Positions 20,075-29,768 of a DNA stretch of 64,000 bases are shown one piece after another. A program made the position numbers and the translations under genes. The notes beneath the pieces were generated by a model. It had not been told where the DNA came from and made no database searches. It saw only the letters and a program-made list of their open reading frames with translations. The DNA comes from Anaerolineae bacterium. GTDB lineage: Bacteria; Chloroflexota; Anaerolineae; Aggregatilineales; Aggregatilineaceae. The DNA lies in NCBI GenBank assembly GCA_023382715.1, contig JAHDWP010000003.1, positions 64,370 through 128,369 on the forward strand. Direction: 5' to 3'. Numbering within the stretch: position 1 is the first letter of the stretch; every line of letters starts with the position of its first letter.

Positions 20075-21550
20075 TCAGCGCGCGCGCGGCAGGCGCACCG
20101 GGCGCGGGTGGGGGGCCGTATTGCGGACAGAAACGCGCTGCTTTTGATCAGCGGCCAGCGGCAGGCGGATGGTGAAGGTTGATCCGCTGCCCGGCTCACT
20201 GGTGACCGCGATCTGCCCGCCGTGCGCTTCGACCAGCCACTTGGCGATGGACAGCCCCAGGCCGGTGCCGCCCTGGACGCGCGAGCGCGCTTTATCCACA
20301 CGATAGAAGCGGTCGAAGATGTGCGGCAGGTCTTCGGCAGGAATGCCGACACCTGTGTCAGTCACGCTGACATCCACCCATTCGCCGTCGCGCCGCAGCC
20401 CCAGCGTCACCGTGCCGCCTTCCGGCGTGTACTTCAGCCCGTTGGAGGCCAGGTTGAGCAGAAGCTGCTTGATCCGGTCTGGGTCGCCGATGACACACGC
20501 CGGCTCAACCGGGCCAAGCACCACGGTCACTGTATCGCTGAGCATACGCGCCTGGTTAAAAACCTCGACGACGATGGTGTCAAGCTCGACAAGCTGGCGC
20601 TCCAGCGGCAGACGCCCGGCGTCGGCCTTAGCCAGCAGCAGCAGGTCTTCGACCAGGCGCGACATACGCCGTGCCTCGCTGTCAATGGCGGCAGTGGCTT
20701 CCTCATCGTACCCGAAGCGGCGCATCAGGTCTACGTTGCCGCGAATGGTCGTCAGCGGCGTGCGCATCTCGTGCGAGACATCGGCCACAAAGCGGCGCTG
20801 CACATTGAACAGCCGCTCCAGCCGGGTCAGCGTCTCGTTGAAGGTCTGCGTGAGCTGGCCCAGCTCGTCGGGCGGCCCGTCGTAGGGGATGCGCCGGCTG
20901 AGGTCGTCGGCAGCGGTGATCTGGCGGGCCGTCTGGGCGATGGTGTCTATGGGCCGCAGCGCACGCCGGGTCAGATAATCGCCGATCAGCAGCGCCGCCA
21001 ACATGGTCAGCGCGCCGCCGATCAGCATGATCTTGAGCAGCCGGTCAATGGCCGCGTCTATCGTGCGCAGCGATTGTCCGGTCTGGATCGCACCGCGCAG
21101 CTCGCCGTTGATCTCCAGGGGGACGGTGACCACGCGCAGATGGTGGCCATTGACCGTGACATCACGCCGCAGGCGCTGGGCATTGCTCAACGCCCAGGAG
21201 TCGAGGGGGCCGGTCAGCCCGATGCCCAGCAGACTCCACGAGTAATCGTACAGGATCACGCGGTCGCTCGCCGAGTCGCGCAGCCAGATTTGCACGTACA
21301 GGCCCGGCGAGTCCGGGCTGTTGATGCGCATCCGCGTCAGCTCGCTCAGCAGCGGGTTCTGCAGCGTGGCCGGGATGGCGCCCAGCACCGCTTCCAGGTG
21401 CACGTCGTTGGCCGCCTTGAGCAGCGTCTCGTCCACCTGGCGGCGCATCGTCCAGTTGAGCACGCTGAGCGTCGCCGTGCTGAAAAGCAGCATGGCGATG
21501 GCCAGCAGGCTGGCATAGAGGAATGTCAGGCGAGTTCGGATGCTCATCAA
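20075..21550 (-). CDS. sensor histidine kinase (2 TM, HAMP, HisKA, HATPase)
   Basis: H-box SHEMRTPLTTI, G-boxes DTGVGI and GGTGLGLSIAK. TTG 21550 or ATG 21547 start. Confidence 0.92.
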   Translation of the reverse strand: MMSIRTRLTFLYASLLAIAMLLFSTATLSVLNWTMRRQVDETLLKAANDVHLEAVLGAIPATLQNPLLSELTRMRINSPDSPGLYVQIWLRDSASDRVILYDYSWSLLGIGLTGPLDSWALSNAQRLRRDVTVNGHHLRVVTVPLEINGELRGAIQTGQSLRTIDAAIDRLLKIMLIGGALTMLAALLIGDYLTRRALRPIDTIAQTARQITAADDLSRRIPYDGPPDELGQLTQTFNETLTRLERLFNVQRRFVADVSHEMRTPLTTIRGNVDLMRRFGYDEEATAAIDSEARRMSRLVEDLLLLAKADAGRLPLERQLVELDTIVVEVFNQARMLSDTVTVVLGPVEPACVIGDPDRIKQLLLNLASNGLKYTPEGGTVTLGLRRDGEWVDVSVTDTGVGIPAEDLPHIFDRFYRVDKARSRVQGGTGLGLSIAKWLVEAHGGQIAVTSEPGSGSTFTIRLPLAADQKQRVSVRNTAPHPRPVRLPRAR

Positions 21551-21620
21551 AGACTGGCCGGGTTAGAAACTGCTCGTGTGCCAAGGCCCCGCAATACCAG
21601 GGTGCCCCTCCTGCTGCATA

Positions 21621-21629
21621 ATTGTAGCA
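21621..21629 (-). promoter_or_regulatory. extended -10 element TGCTACAAT (minus strand)
   Basis: Reverse complement of attgtagca, about 70 nt upstream of the kinase start. Suggests the kinase can be transcribed separately from the regulator. Confidence 0.35.
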
Positions 21630-21711
21630 TTCAAATGTTAACGCCCCATGAGAGTCCGCTGCGAATCGAGTGACTTTCCTGGGGTGTCCAGTGACTCTTC
21701 AGCGGCGCGCA

Positions 21712-21733
21712 GGGCGCAGCAGAGCAGCGCCCT
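21712..21733. repeat. family E GC hairpin repeat
   Basis: GGGCGCAGCAGAGCAGCGCCCT; same core as 5907-5931. Confidence 0.7.
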
Positions 21734-21734
21734 C

Positions 21735-21762
21735 GTAGGGGCGTATTGCCATACGCTTCTAC
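21735..21762. repeat. family D repeat (GTAGGGGCGTATTGCCATACGC...), degenerate copy
   Basis: Related to the perfect palindrome at 55920-55941 and to 62243-62269. Confidence 0.65.
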
Positions 21763-21940
21763 GGAAGTATTTCGCCAACTGCTCCCCGTGAAAGAAGGGC
21801 CGGCGATGGCAGACGGGCACGATCCAGGATGTGGATAAGGGGTAGCCGCGTGTGAAGAGGGAGCTTAGGGGTGAGGCAGATCGCAACGCAGATCGTTCTA
21901 TACGATCTCTCATCCCTGGCCCCGCTGCGCCCGACGATGA

Positions 21941-21972
21941 GACTTTCAAAGTCTGCGGAAACTTCGGAAGTC
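21941..21972. repeat. family A palindromic repeat, degenerate left arm
   Basis: GACTTTCAAAGTC-TGCGGA-AACTTCGGAAGTC, 24 nt downstream of the response-regulator stop. Confidence 0.8.
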
Positions 21973-21995
21973 TGCTGCGGCAGAAGACCCCGCCC

Positions 21996-22676
21996 TCACT
22001 CGTCTTCGCGCAGCACGTAGCCTACACCGCGCACCGTGTGGATGATGCGCGGCTCGCCTTTCTCCTCGGTCTTCTGGCGCAGATAGCGCACGTAAACCTC
22101 AATGATGTTGCTCTCGCCGCCGAAGTCATAGCCCCACGCGCGGTCGAAGATCATCTCGCGGGTCAGCACGCGACGCGGGTTGCGCATGAACAGCTCCAGC
22201 AGCTCGTACTCCTTCGCCGTCAGGTCAATGTGGCGGTCGCCGCGCTGAGCGCGATGCGTGCCCGTGTCGAGCGTGAGATCGGCGAACTTGAGCATTTCCG
22301 GGCGCGACGAAGGCGCGGCCCGGCGGAACAGGGCGCGAAGACGCGCCAGCAGCTCGTCAAAATCGAACGGCTTGACCAGATAATCGTCCGCCCCGGCGTC
22401 GAGGCCGGTCACGCGGTCCTGCACGTCTTCCTTCGCGGTGAGCATCAGGATCGGCACGTCGCTGGCGGCGCGCAGACGGCGGCAGACTTCCAGCCCGTCC
22501 AGGCCCGGCAGCATCCAGTCGAGGATCACCAGGTCGGGCGGTTGCTCGCGCGCCAGTTGCAGGCCGCTGGGGCCGTCATAGGCCACGTCCACACGATAGC
22601 CCTCGTAGATCAGGCCGCGCTTGACGAACTGCGCGATGCGCTCTTCGTCTTCGATGATCAGGATTCGCTCTGCCAT
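21996..22676 (-). CDS. OmpR/PhoB-family response regulator
   Basis: Receiver domain ([25 protein letters not shown]) plus winged-helix output ([13 protein letters not shown]). Confidence 0.95.
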   Translation of the reverse strand: MAERILIIEDEERIAQFVKRGLIYEGYRVDVAYDGPSGLQLAREQPPDLVILDWMLPGLDGLEVCRRLRAASDVPILMLTAKEDVQDRVTGLDAGADDYLVKPFDFDELLARLRALFRRAAPSSRPEMLKFADLTLDTGTHRAQRGDRHIDLTAKEYELLELFMRNPRRVLTREMIFDRAWGYDFGGESNIIEVYVRYLRQKTEEKGEPRIIHTVRGVGYVLREDE

Positions 22677-22761
22677 CGCCGGCGTCCTCTCGCTGGTGGT
22701 TGGTCATTGGTTGTTGGTGAAGACGAAGCCTCACATCTGACAACCAACCACCATCCACAAC

Positions 22762-24498
22762 CTATCGCCCCGCCCAGCGCACGTCGCTGACCGGCCCTGC
22801 CGTCTGCACCTGGACCGCCTGGCCGGTGATCATGTCCAGCAGGGTGAGATTTCCGGTGGCGTGTCCGCTCTCGTCGTAGATCAGCGCGCGCAGCCCGGCC
22901 ACGACCAACGGCTCGCCTTGCCCGGCCACGCCAAGCCGTGGCGCGCTGGCAAAGCCGCCCGCGCCTACGGCCAGCGGCGCATAGCGGCCCTCAAGCGCGG
23001 GGGCAGCCAGCACGCGCAGGTACTGCGGGCCGGTCTCCGCCGACGTGGCGACCAGCGCGTACCAGACCCCGGCTTCGCTGCGGCGCACGTCCAGCACGGC
23101 GGTGCCGCTCGCCAGCAGCTCGCGCGGCGGCGTTTCCGCTGGCGCTGCCGGGTCCAGCAGAAAGAGGCCCGGCGTCTGGTAGCCCCAGCTCGAAGCCCAG
23201 GTCAGCACGCGCCCATCGTCAGCCCAGTCGGCCCCGCCCGCGATGGCGGTCGCCATGAACAGCTCCGCGCCCGTGCCGGCATCGAGCGCGGCGAAGGTCA
23301 TTCCCTCCCAGAAGCCCACGCCGACCAGCAGCCGCGTCCCGTCCGGACTCCACTGCGGATCGAAATACACGCGCACATCACCGGGCGACACGTTCTCGGC
23401 GAAGGGCACGTTCTGCGCGACCAGGCGCGGCGGGCTGCTCCCGTCTGCCGCCGCCACCCACAGCCCGCGCCCATCGTGATAGGCCAGGCGCGCCCCGTCA
23501 GGACTCCAGGCCGGGTGCGAAGGCCGGGCGTCGCCTTCGAGCGCAGCCAGGCTGCGCTGCTCCGCCCCATCCAGGCGGGCGACGGCCAGCGCCCCCCTGC
23601 TGACATAGGCAAGCCGGTCGCCGGACGGCGCGAGACCGTACCCGATCACCGGGGTGGCAGAGGCGGTGAGCGCCTGCGCTGGCCCGCCCGCCCGCGCCAG
23701 CCGCCAGACCTGCGTCACGCCTGTCGCGTCCGCCGCCAGGAAGGTCAGGTCGGCGGGCAGGGCGATGACGCCGTCAGGAGCCGCCAGCAGTGGTAGCGGG
23801 AACGGCCCCCAGTCGAAGGCCAGCGCCCCGGCGGTGCCCGGCACCACGACGTTGCCATCGCGCACGACACCCGCCGTCGCCAGGTAGGAGGGCACGGGCG
23901 GCTGCGGGCGCGCGGGAGCATCCGGCGCTGCCGCCAGCGCCCACGCGCCCTGCGTGCCGCTGATGCGCGTGGCGTTCCCGCTCGCGTCGCTGGCGATCAG
24001 GGTGAGCGGGTCGGCCCAGTAGATCTCGATCCAGGGGCCTTGCACGGTGCTGAACAGCGGCGTGCCGAATTCGCCCGCGCCCAGCTCGGCGATACGCACT
24101 CCGCCGGGCACTGTGTAGGCAATGCGCCCCGCGTCCGGCGACCAGGCGATGGTCTGCGCCGGGCCGCTAGCCGGGGGCAACTCGTCGGCGAACTCCAACA
24201 CATAACCGCTCTGGCCGGCCAGTTGAGCCACGACGACGAGATTGTTGGCGGGCGTGCGGTAGACAAGCCACTCGCCGTCCGGGGCGATGTCGAAGTCGGC
24301 GACGGGCTGGCCGGGGCTGGAGATCACCGTCTGGCCGCCGTTGGCCGGGTCCACGTAGATCAGATCATGCTGCGAGGTGAGGATGTACAACGGCGCCGGC
24401 AGGGGGAACACCCCTTCCTGCGCGTGCGCCAGGGTGACGGGCCTCGCCGCCAGCGCCACCAGACTCACCATCATCGCCAGCCGGAGAAGTCGGGTCAT
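22762..24498 (-). CDS. secreted TolB-like beta-propeller repeat protein
   Basis: Signal peptide and repeated WSPDG-type blades (WSPDAGRIAY, WSPDGARLAY, WSPDGTRLLV). Confidence 0.8.
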   Translation of the reverse strand: MTRLLRLAMMVSLVALAARPVTLAHAQEGVFPLPAPLYILTSQHDLIYVDPANGGQTVISSPGQPVADFDIAPDGEWLVYRTPANNLVVVAQLAGQSGYVLEFADELPPASGPAQTIAWSPDAGRIAYTVPGGVRIAELGAGEFGTPLFSTVQGPWIEIYWADPLTLIASDASGNATRISGTQGAWALAAAPDAPARPQPPVPSYLATAGVVRDGNVVVPGTAGALAFDWGPFPLPLLAAPDGVIALPADLTFLAADATGVTQVWRLARAGGPAQALTASATPVIGYGLAPSGDRLAYVSRGALAVARLDGAEQRSLAALEGDARPSHPAWSPDGARLAYHDGRGLWVAAADGSSPPRLVAQNVPFAENVSPGDVRVYFDPQWSPDGTRLLVGVGFWEGMTFAALDAGTGAELFMATAIAGGADWADDGRVLTWASSWGYQTPGLFLLDPAAPAETPPRELLASGTAVLDVRRSEAGVWYALVATSAETGPQYLRVLAAPALEGRYAPLAVGAGGFASAPRLGVAGQGEPLVVAGLRALIYDESGHATGNLTLLDMITGQAVQVQTAGPVSDVRWAGR

Positions 24499-24534
24499 GG
24501 GCGTCTCTCATTTCGTGCCGTCCGCGCTGCTGCG

Positions 24535-24565
24535 CAGTATAGCAGCGAACTGCCGCCCGTGACCA
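24535..24565 (-). promoter_or_regulatory. candidate promoter: TGGTCA-18 nt-TGCTATACT with conserved 16-mer GTTCGCTGCTATACTG
   Basis: -10 ends 38 nt upstream of the propeller gene start. 16-mer shared with 15579-15594. Confidence 0.45.
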
Positions 24566-24756
24566 GTGCGGGATCAGCTCGTGCCAGGAAGCCGTTCGAG
24601 GAACCGTATCCCCGCCCCAGGGCGACCGCAGCGCATCGCGGTGCGCGGAGCCAGGAGAGCGCCGGGCGGCGCGGCTAATTGTCACCCGCTGTAGGGTTAT
24701 GCCAACCGAACACGCCGTAGGGTTATACCGAGCCGGCGCGGGAAGCGGGCGGATTT

Positions 24757-24810
24757 ACCTCACCCCTCATTCCCCTCTCCACACGCGGAGAGGGAGCCGG
24801 GGGATGAGGT
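24757..24810. repeat. family B palindromic repeat (short form)
   Basis: ACCTCACCCCTCATTCCCCTCTCC-acacgc-GGAGAGGGAGCCGGGGGATGAGGT. Confidence 0.85.
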
Positions 24811-24908
24811 CAACCTGCTTCTGGCGCGATACGGCCGCTCGTGTTACCACCGACAGAGGGCCACTCCCTATAGCCGGATTCTGTAGCAGAACTCTACGTC
24901 GCCTGACA

Positions 24909-25337
24909 CTAATCCTCGTCCGCGCCCAGCGCGCCCATGCCGCCCAGGTCCGGGCCGCCGCCCAGGTCGTCACCGCCCAGATCGGGCATAGAGGCTTCGA
25001 TGTCCTCCGGGTTGTCGCCGCGCTCCAGCCGCCCGACGACCTCTTCGAACTCCGGCCCCATGTCCTCGCCCATCTCCTCGCTCATCTCGCGCAGCAGCCG
25101 GCCCATCGCACGCGGATCGGAGTCATCGAGGTCGTCAAACGCGCTGTCGTCGGCGTCATCGGACATCAGCCGGGCGATGGGCGAGCGGCGAATAGCCACG
25201 CGCGAGATCAGCCGGGTCAGGTTGGTGCTGTGGCAGCGTGGGCAGGTGTGCGTCGCTGCGTCGTACTCAGCATACGTCTTGTACGTCAGCGCGACCTTGC
25301 GCCCGCAGTCATTGCAGCGGAATTCGTAGACTGGCAT
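24909..25337 (-). CDS. FmdB-family zinc-ribbon protein with acidic C-terminal tail
   Basis: MPVYEFRCNDCG...CPRCHS CxxC-CxxC motif. Confidence 0.85.
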   Translation of the reverse strand: MPVYEFRCNDCGRKVALTYKTYAEYDAATHTCPRCHSTNLTRLISRVAIRRSPIARLMSDDADDSAFDDLDDSDPRAMGRLLREMSEEMGEDMGPEFEEVVGRLERGDNPEDIEASMPDLGGDDLGGGPDLGGMGALGADED

Positions 25338-25361
25338 TCACTCACCCCCACGAAACAATTA

Positions 25362-27266
<1,905 letters not shown>

Positions 27267-27322
27267 GATCGTGAATTGGTGGTGAGCTGCCGATGTCGGG
27301 AGGCGCTGCGCGCCAACGCCGC

Positions 27323-27331
27323 ATTATACCA
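27323..27331 (-). promoter_or_regulatory. extended -10 element TGGTATAAT (minus strand)
   Basis: Perfect TATAAT with upstream TG, about 57 nt upstream of the ABC-F start. Confidence 0.45.
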
Positions 27332-27421
27332 TGAGAACCCGGCCCTTTGACCGGTGAGCGCGGCGAGCGGTGCGTGCAAAAGTCAGCAGAGGCCGTCTGA
27401 AAAGCCCCGACGGGCGAGTTG

Positions 27422-27496
27422 ACCTCACCCCTCATTCCCCTCTCTGCGTGTGGAGAGGGAGCGGTGAGGCGCGTCAACGCCGGGCGGGGGTGAGAT
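27422..27496. repeat. family B palindromic repeat with right-hand extension
   Basis: ACCTCACCCCTCATTCCCCTCTCT-gcgtgt-GGAGAGGGAGCGGTGAGG...CGGGCGGGGGTGAGATC. The right end plus the following AGGGCGCAGCAGC is paralleled at 33292-33341. Confidence 0.8.
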
Positions 27497-27691
27497 CAGC
27501 CAGGGCGCAGCAGCACGACTCTCCACCCCGACAGGTTTGGCACGCACCCGCCACCAGAGCGCGGCAAGATGTGCACGCGGGCGCGCTCTTCGGTTACACT
27601 CCTGCGGGCGCTGCGTAGGGAGTTATCCCCCCGACGCGCCGCCTTCCGCCGCCATCCCCGGCGTAACTGCTACGGAGAGGAGAAACCCGCC

Positions 27692-29062
27692 GTGTCCTAC
27701 CAGACTGTGCCCTTCGATCAGTACATCGAGGCCCACCGCGAGCGCTTCCTCGCGGAGTTCGGCCAGTTCATCGCCCAGCCGAGCGTCGCCGCCGACGGGC
27801 GCGGCATCCCCGAGATGGCCGCCCTCGTCGCCGAGCGCCTGCGAGCAGTCGGCGCGGAGGTCACCGTCTTCCCCACGCCCGGCTCGCCCGTCGTCTACGC
27901 CGAGATCGGCCCGGCGGACGCCGCGCGCACCCTGCTCATCTACAATCATTACGACGTGCAGCCCGAAGACCCGCTCGACCTGTGGCAGACGCCGCCCTTC
28001 GAGATGGTCATCCGCGACGGGATCATCTACGGGCGCGGCACGTCCGACGACAAGGGCGAGCTGCTCTCGCGCATTCAGGCGGTCGAGGCGTGGCTGGCGA
28101 CGCAGGGCGATCTGCCCGTGCGCATCAAGTGGGTCGTCGAGGGCGAAGAGGAGACCGGCTCGAATCACCTGGAGACCTGGGCAGACGCGCACCGCGATCT
28201 GCTGGCCGCCGATGGCATTCTGTGGGAAGGCGGCAGCTACGACGAGGCGGGCCGCCCCATCTTCGGGCTGGGCGGCAAGGGCCTGGCCTATTTCGAGCTG
28301 CGCTGCCAGGGGCCGAGCCACGACCTGCATTCCTCGGTCGCGCCGATGGTCGTCAACCCGGCCTGGCGGCTGGTCTGGGCGCTGAGCACACTCAAAGCGC
28401 CCGACGACTCCATCATCCTGGACGACTATCTGCAGCACGTCCGCCCGTTGACCGATGAGGAATGGGCGCGCATTGACGCCGTGCCGCTGGAGTTCGACGC
28501 CATGCGCGAGCGGTGGGGGCTGGAACAGTGGCTGAACGGCATGAGCGATCACGAGGCGCGTCGGCGCTACCTGGGCGCGCCGACGATCACCCTCTGCGGC
28601 TTTCATTCCGGCTATGGCGGGGCCGGCTCGAAGACAGTGCTGCCCGCCGCAGCCTCGGCCAAGCTCGACTTTCGCCTGGTGGACGGGCTGACCGTCGAGC
28701 TGGCCCGCCGCCTGCTGCGCGAGCACCTGGATCGGCGCGGCTTCGCCGACATTGAGATCATTGACCTGGGCGGGGAAGAATTCGCCGCGTCGCCGCCGGG
28801 CAGCCTGGTGGAGCGGGCCGCCGTCGCCGCCAGCGAGCAGACCTGGGGCAAGACGCCGGTCATCTTCCCCTGGTACGCGGGCAGCGGGCCGGTCTACCCG
28901 TTGAGCGCCAAACAGGGCATCCCGGTGATCTTCGCCGGGGCGACGTGGCACCCCAACGCCCGCGCGCACTCGCCCAACGAGAACATCCTGCTCAAAGACT
29001 ACTTCGCCTCGATGCGCTTCACGGCGGCATTCCTGGCGTATTTCGCGGCATTGGAAGCCTGA
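27692..29062 (+). CDS. M20-family metallopeptidase (dipeptidase-like)
   Basis: YNHYDVQP, GRGTSDDKG and EGEEETGS motifs. GTG 27692 preceded by GGAGAGGAG is preferred over the ORF opening at 27569. Confidence 0.85.
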   Translation: MSYQTVPFDQYIEAHRERFLAEFGQFIAQPSVAADGRGIPEMAALVAERLRAVGAEVTVFPTPGSPVVYAEIGPADAARTLLIYNHYDVQPEDPLDLWQTPPFEMVIRDGIIYGRGTSDDKGELLSRIQAVEAWLATQGDLPVRIKWVVEGEEETGSNHLETWADAHRDLLAADGILWEGGSYDEAGRPIFGLGGKGLAYFELRCQGPSHDLHSSVAPMVVNPAWRLVWALSTLKAPDDSIILDDYLQHVRPLTDEEWARIDAVPLEFDAMRERWGLEQWLNGMSDHEARRRYLGAPTITLCGFHSGYGGAGSKTVLPAAASAKLDFRLVDGLTVELARRLLREHLDRRGFADIEIIDLGGEEFAASPPGSLVERAAVAASEQTWGKTPVIFPWYAGSGPVYPLSAKQGIPVIFAGATWHPNARAHSPNENILLKDYFASMRFTAAFLAYFAALEA

Positions 29063-29118
29063 CGGCGATCTGCTACACTCTGCCCATCGGTTTATAACGC
29101 AAAGCGAGGTTCAAGCTC

Positions 29119-29637
29119 ATGCCTAAACAGTACGGCTCGCCGCCGGAGATGATCATTGATCCGAACAAGCACTACACGGCGACCTTCAAGACGCAGCAGG
29201 GCGATATTGTGGTGGAGCTGTTCGCCAGCCAGGCCCCGATCACGGTCAATAACTTCGTGTTTCTGGCGCGCGAGGGGTACTACGACAACACGACGTTCCA
29301 CCGCGTGATCAACGGCTTCATGGCCCAGGGCGGCGATCCGACCGGCAGCGGGCGCGGTGGCCCCGGCTACCGCTTCAACGACGAGCCGGGCGCGCTGGCT
29401 CTCAGGCACGACGGCCCCGGCGTGCTGAGCATGGCCAACGCCGGGCCGCACACCAACGGCAGCCAGTTCTTCATCACCCACACTGCCACGCCGCACCTCG
29501 ACGGCAAGCACGCCGTCTTCGGCAAGATCGCCGACGCCGACAGCCTGGCCGTGCTGCTCAAGATTCGCGAGCGCGACCCCATGCGCGACCCGAACCCCGG
29601 CGACGCGCTGCACACGGTCGAGATCGCCGAAGCGTAG
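29119..29637 (+). CDS. peptidyl-prolyl cis-trans isomerase, cyclophilin type
   Basis: FHRVINGFMAQGGDP and GSQFFIT motifs. Confidence 0.95.
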   Translation: MPKQYGSPPEMIIDPNKHYTATFKTQQGDIVVELFASQAPITVNNFVFLAREGYYDNTTFHRVINGFMAQGGDPTGSGRGGPGYRFNDEPGALALRHDGPGVLSMANAGPHTNGSQFFITHTATPHLDGKHAVFGKIADADSLAVLLKIRERDPMRDPNPGDALHTVEIAEA

Positions 29638-29649
29638 GTATTCTCTGAA

Positions 29650-29719
29650 CCGCAGAGGCGCAGAGAGCGCGGAGATAAGAGGGGGTTAGTTCTTCTCCGC
29701 GTCCTCTGCGCCTCTGCGG
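29650..29719. repeat. family C long hairpin repeat (CCGCAGAGGCGCAGAGAGCGCGGAG ... CTCCGCGTCCTCTGCGCCTCTGCGG)
   Basis: About 70 nt of near-perfect inverted arms, between the convergent cyclophilin and FtsX genes. Second copy at 33372-33444. Confidence 0.88.
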
Positions 29720-29768
29720 TGAGGCTTTTTCGCCCCCAGCCGGAAAACACCTCTCCCGACCGCACCAC

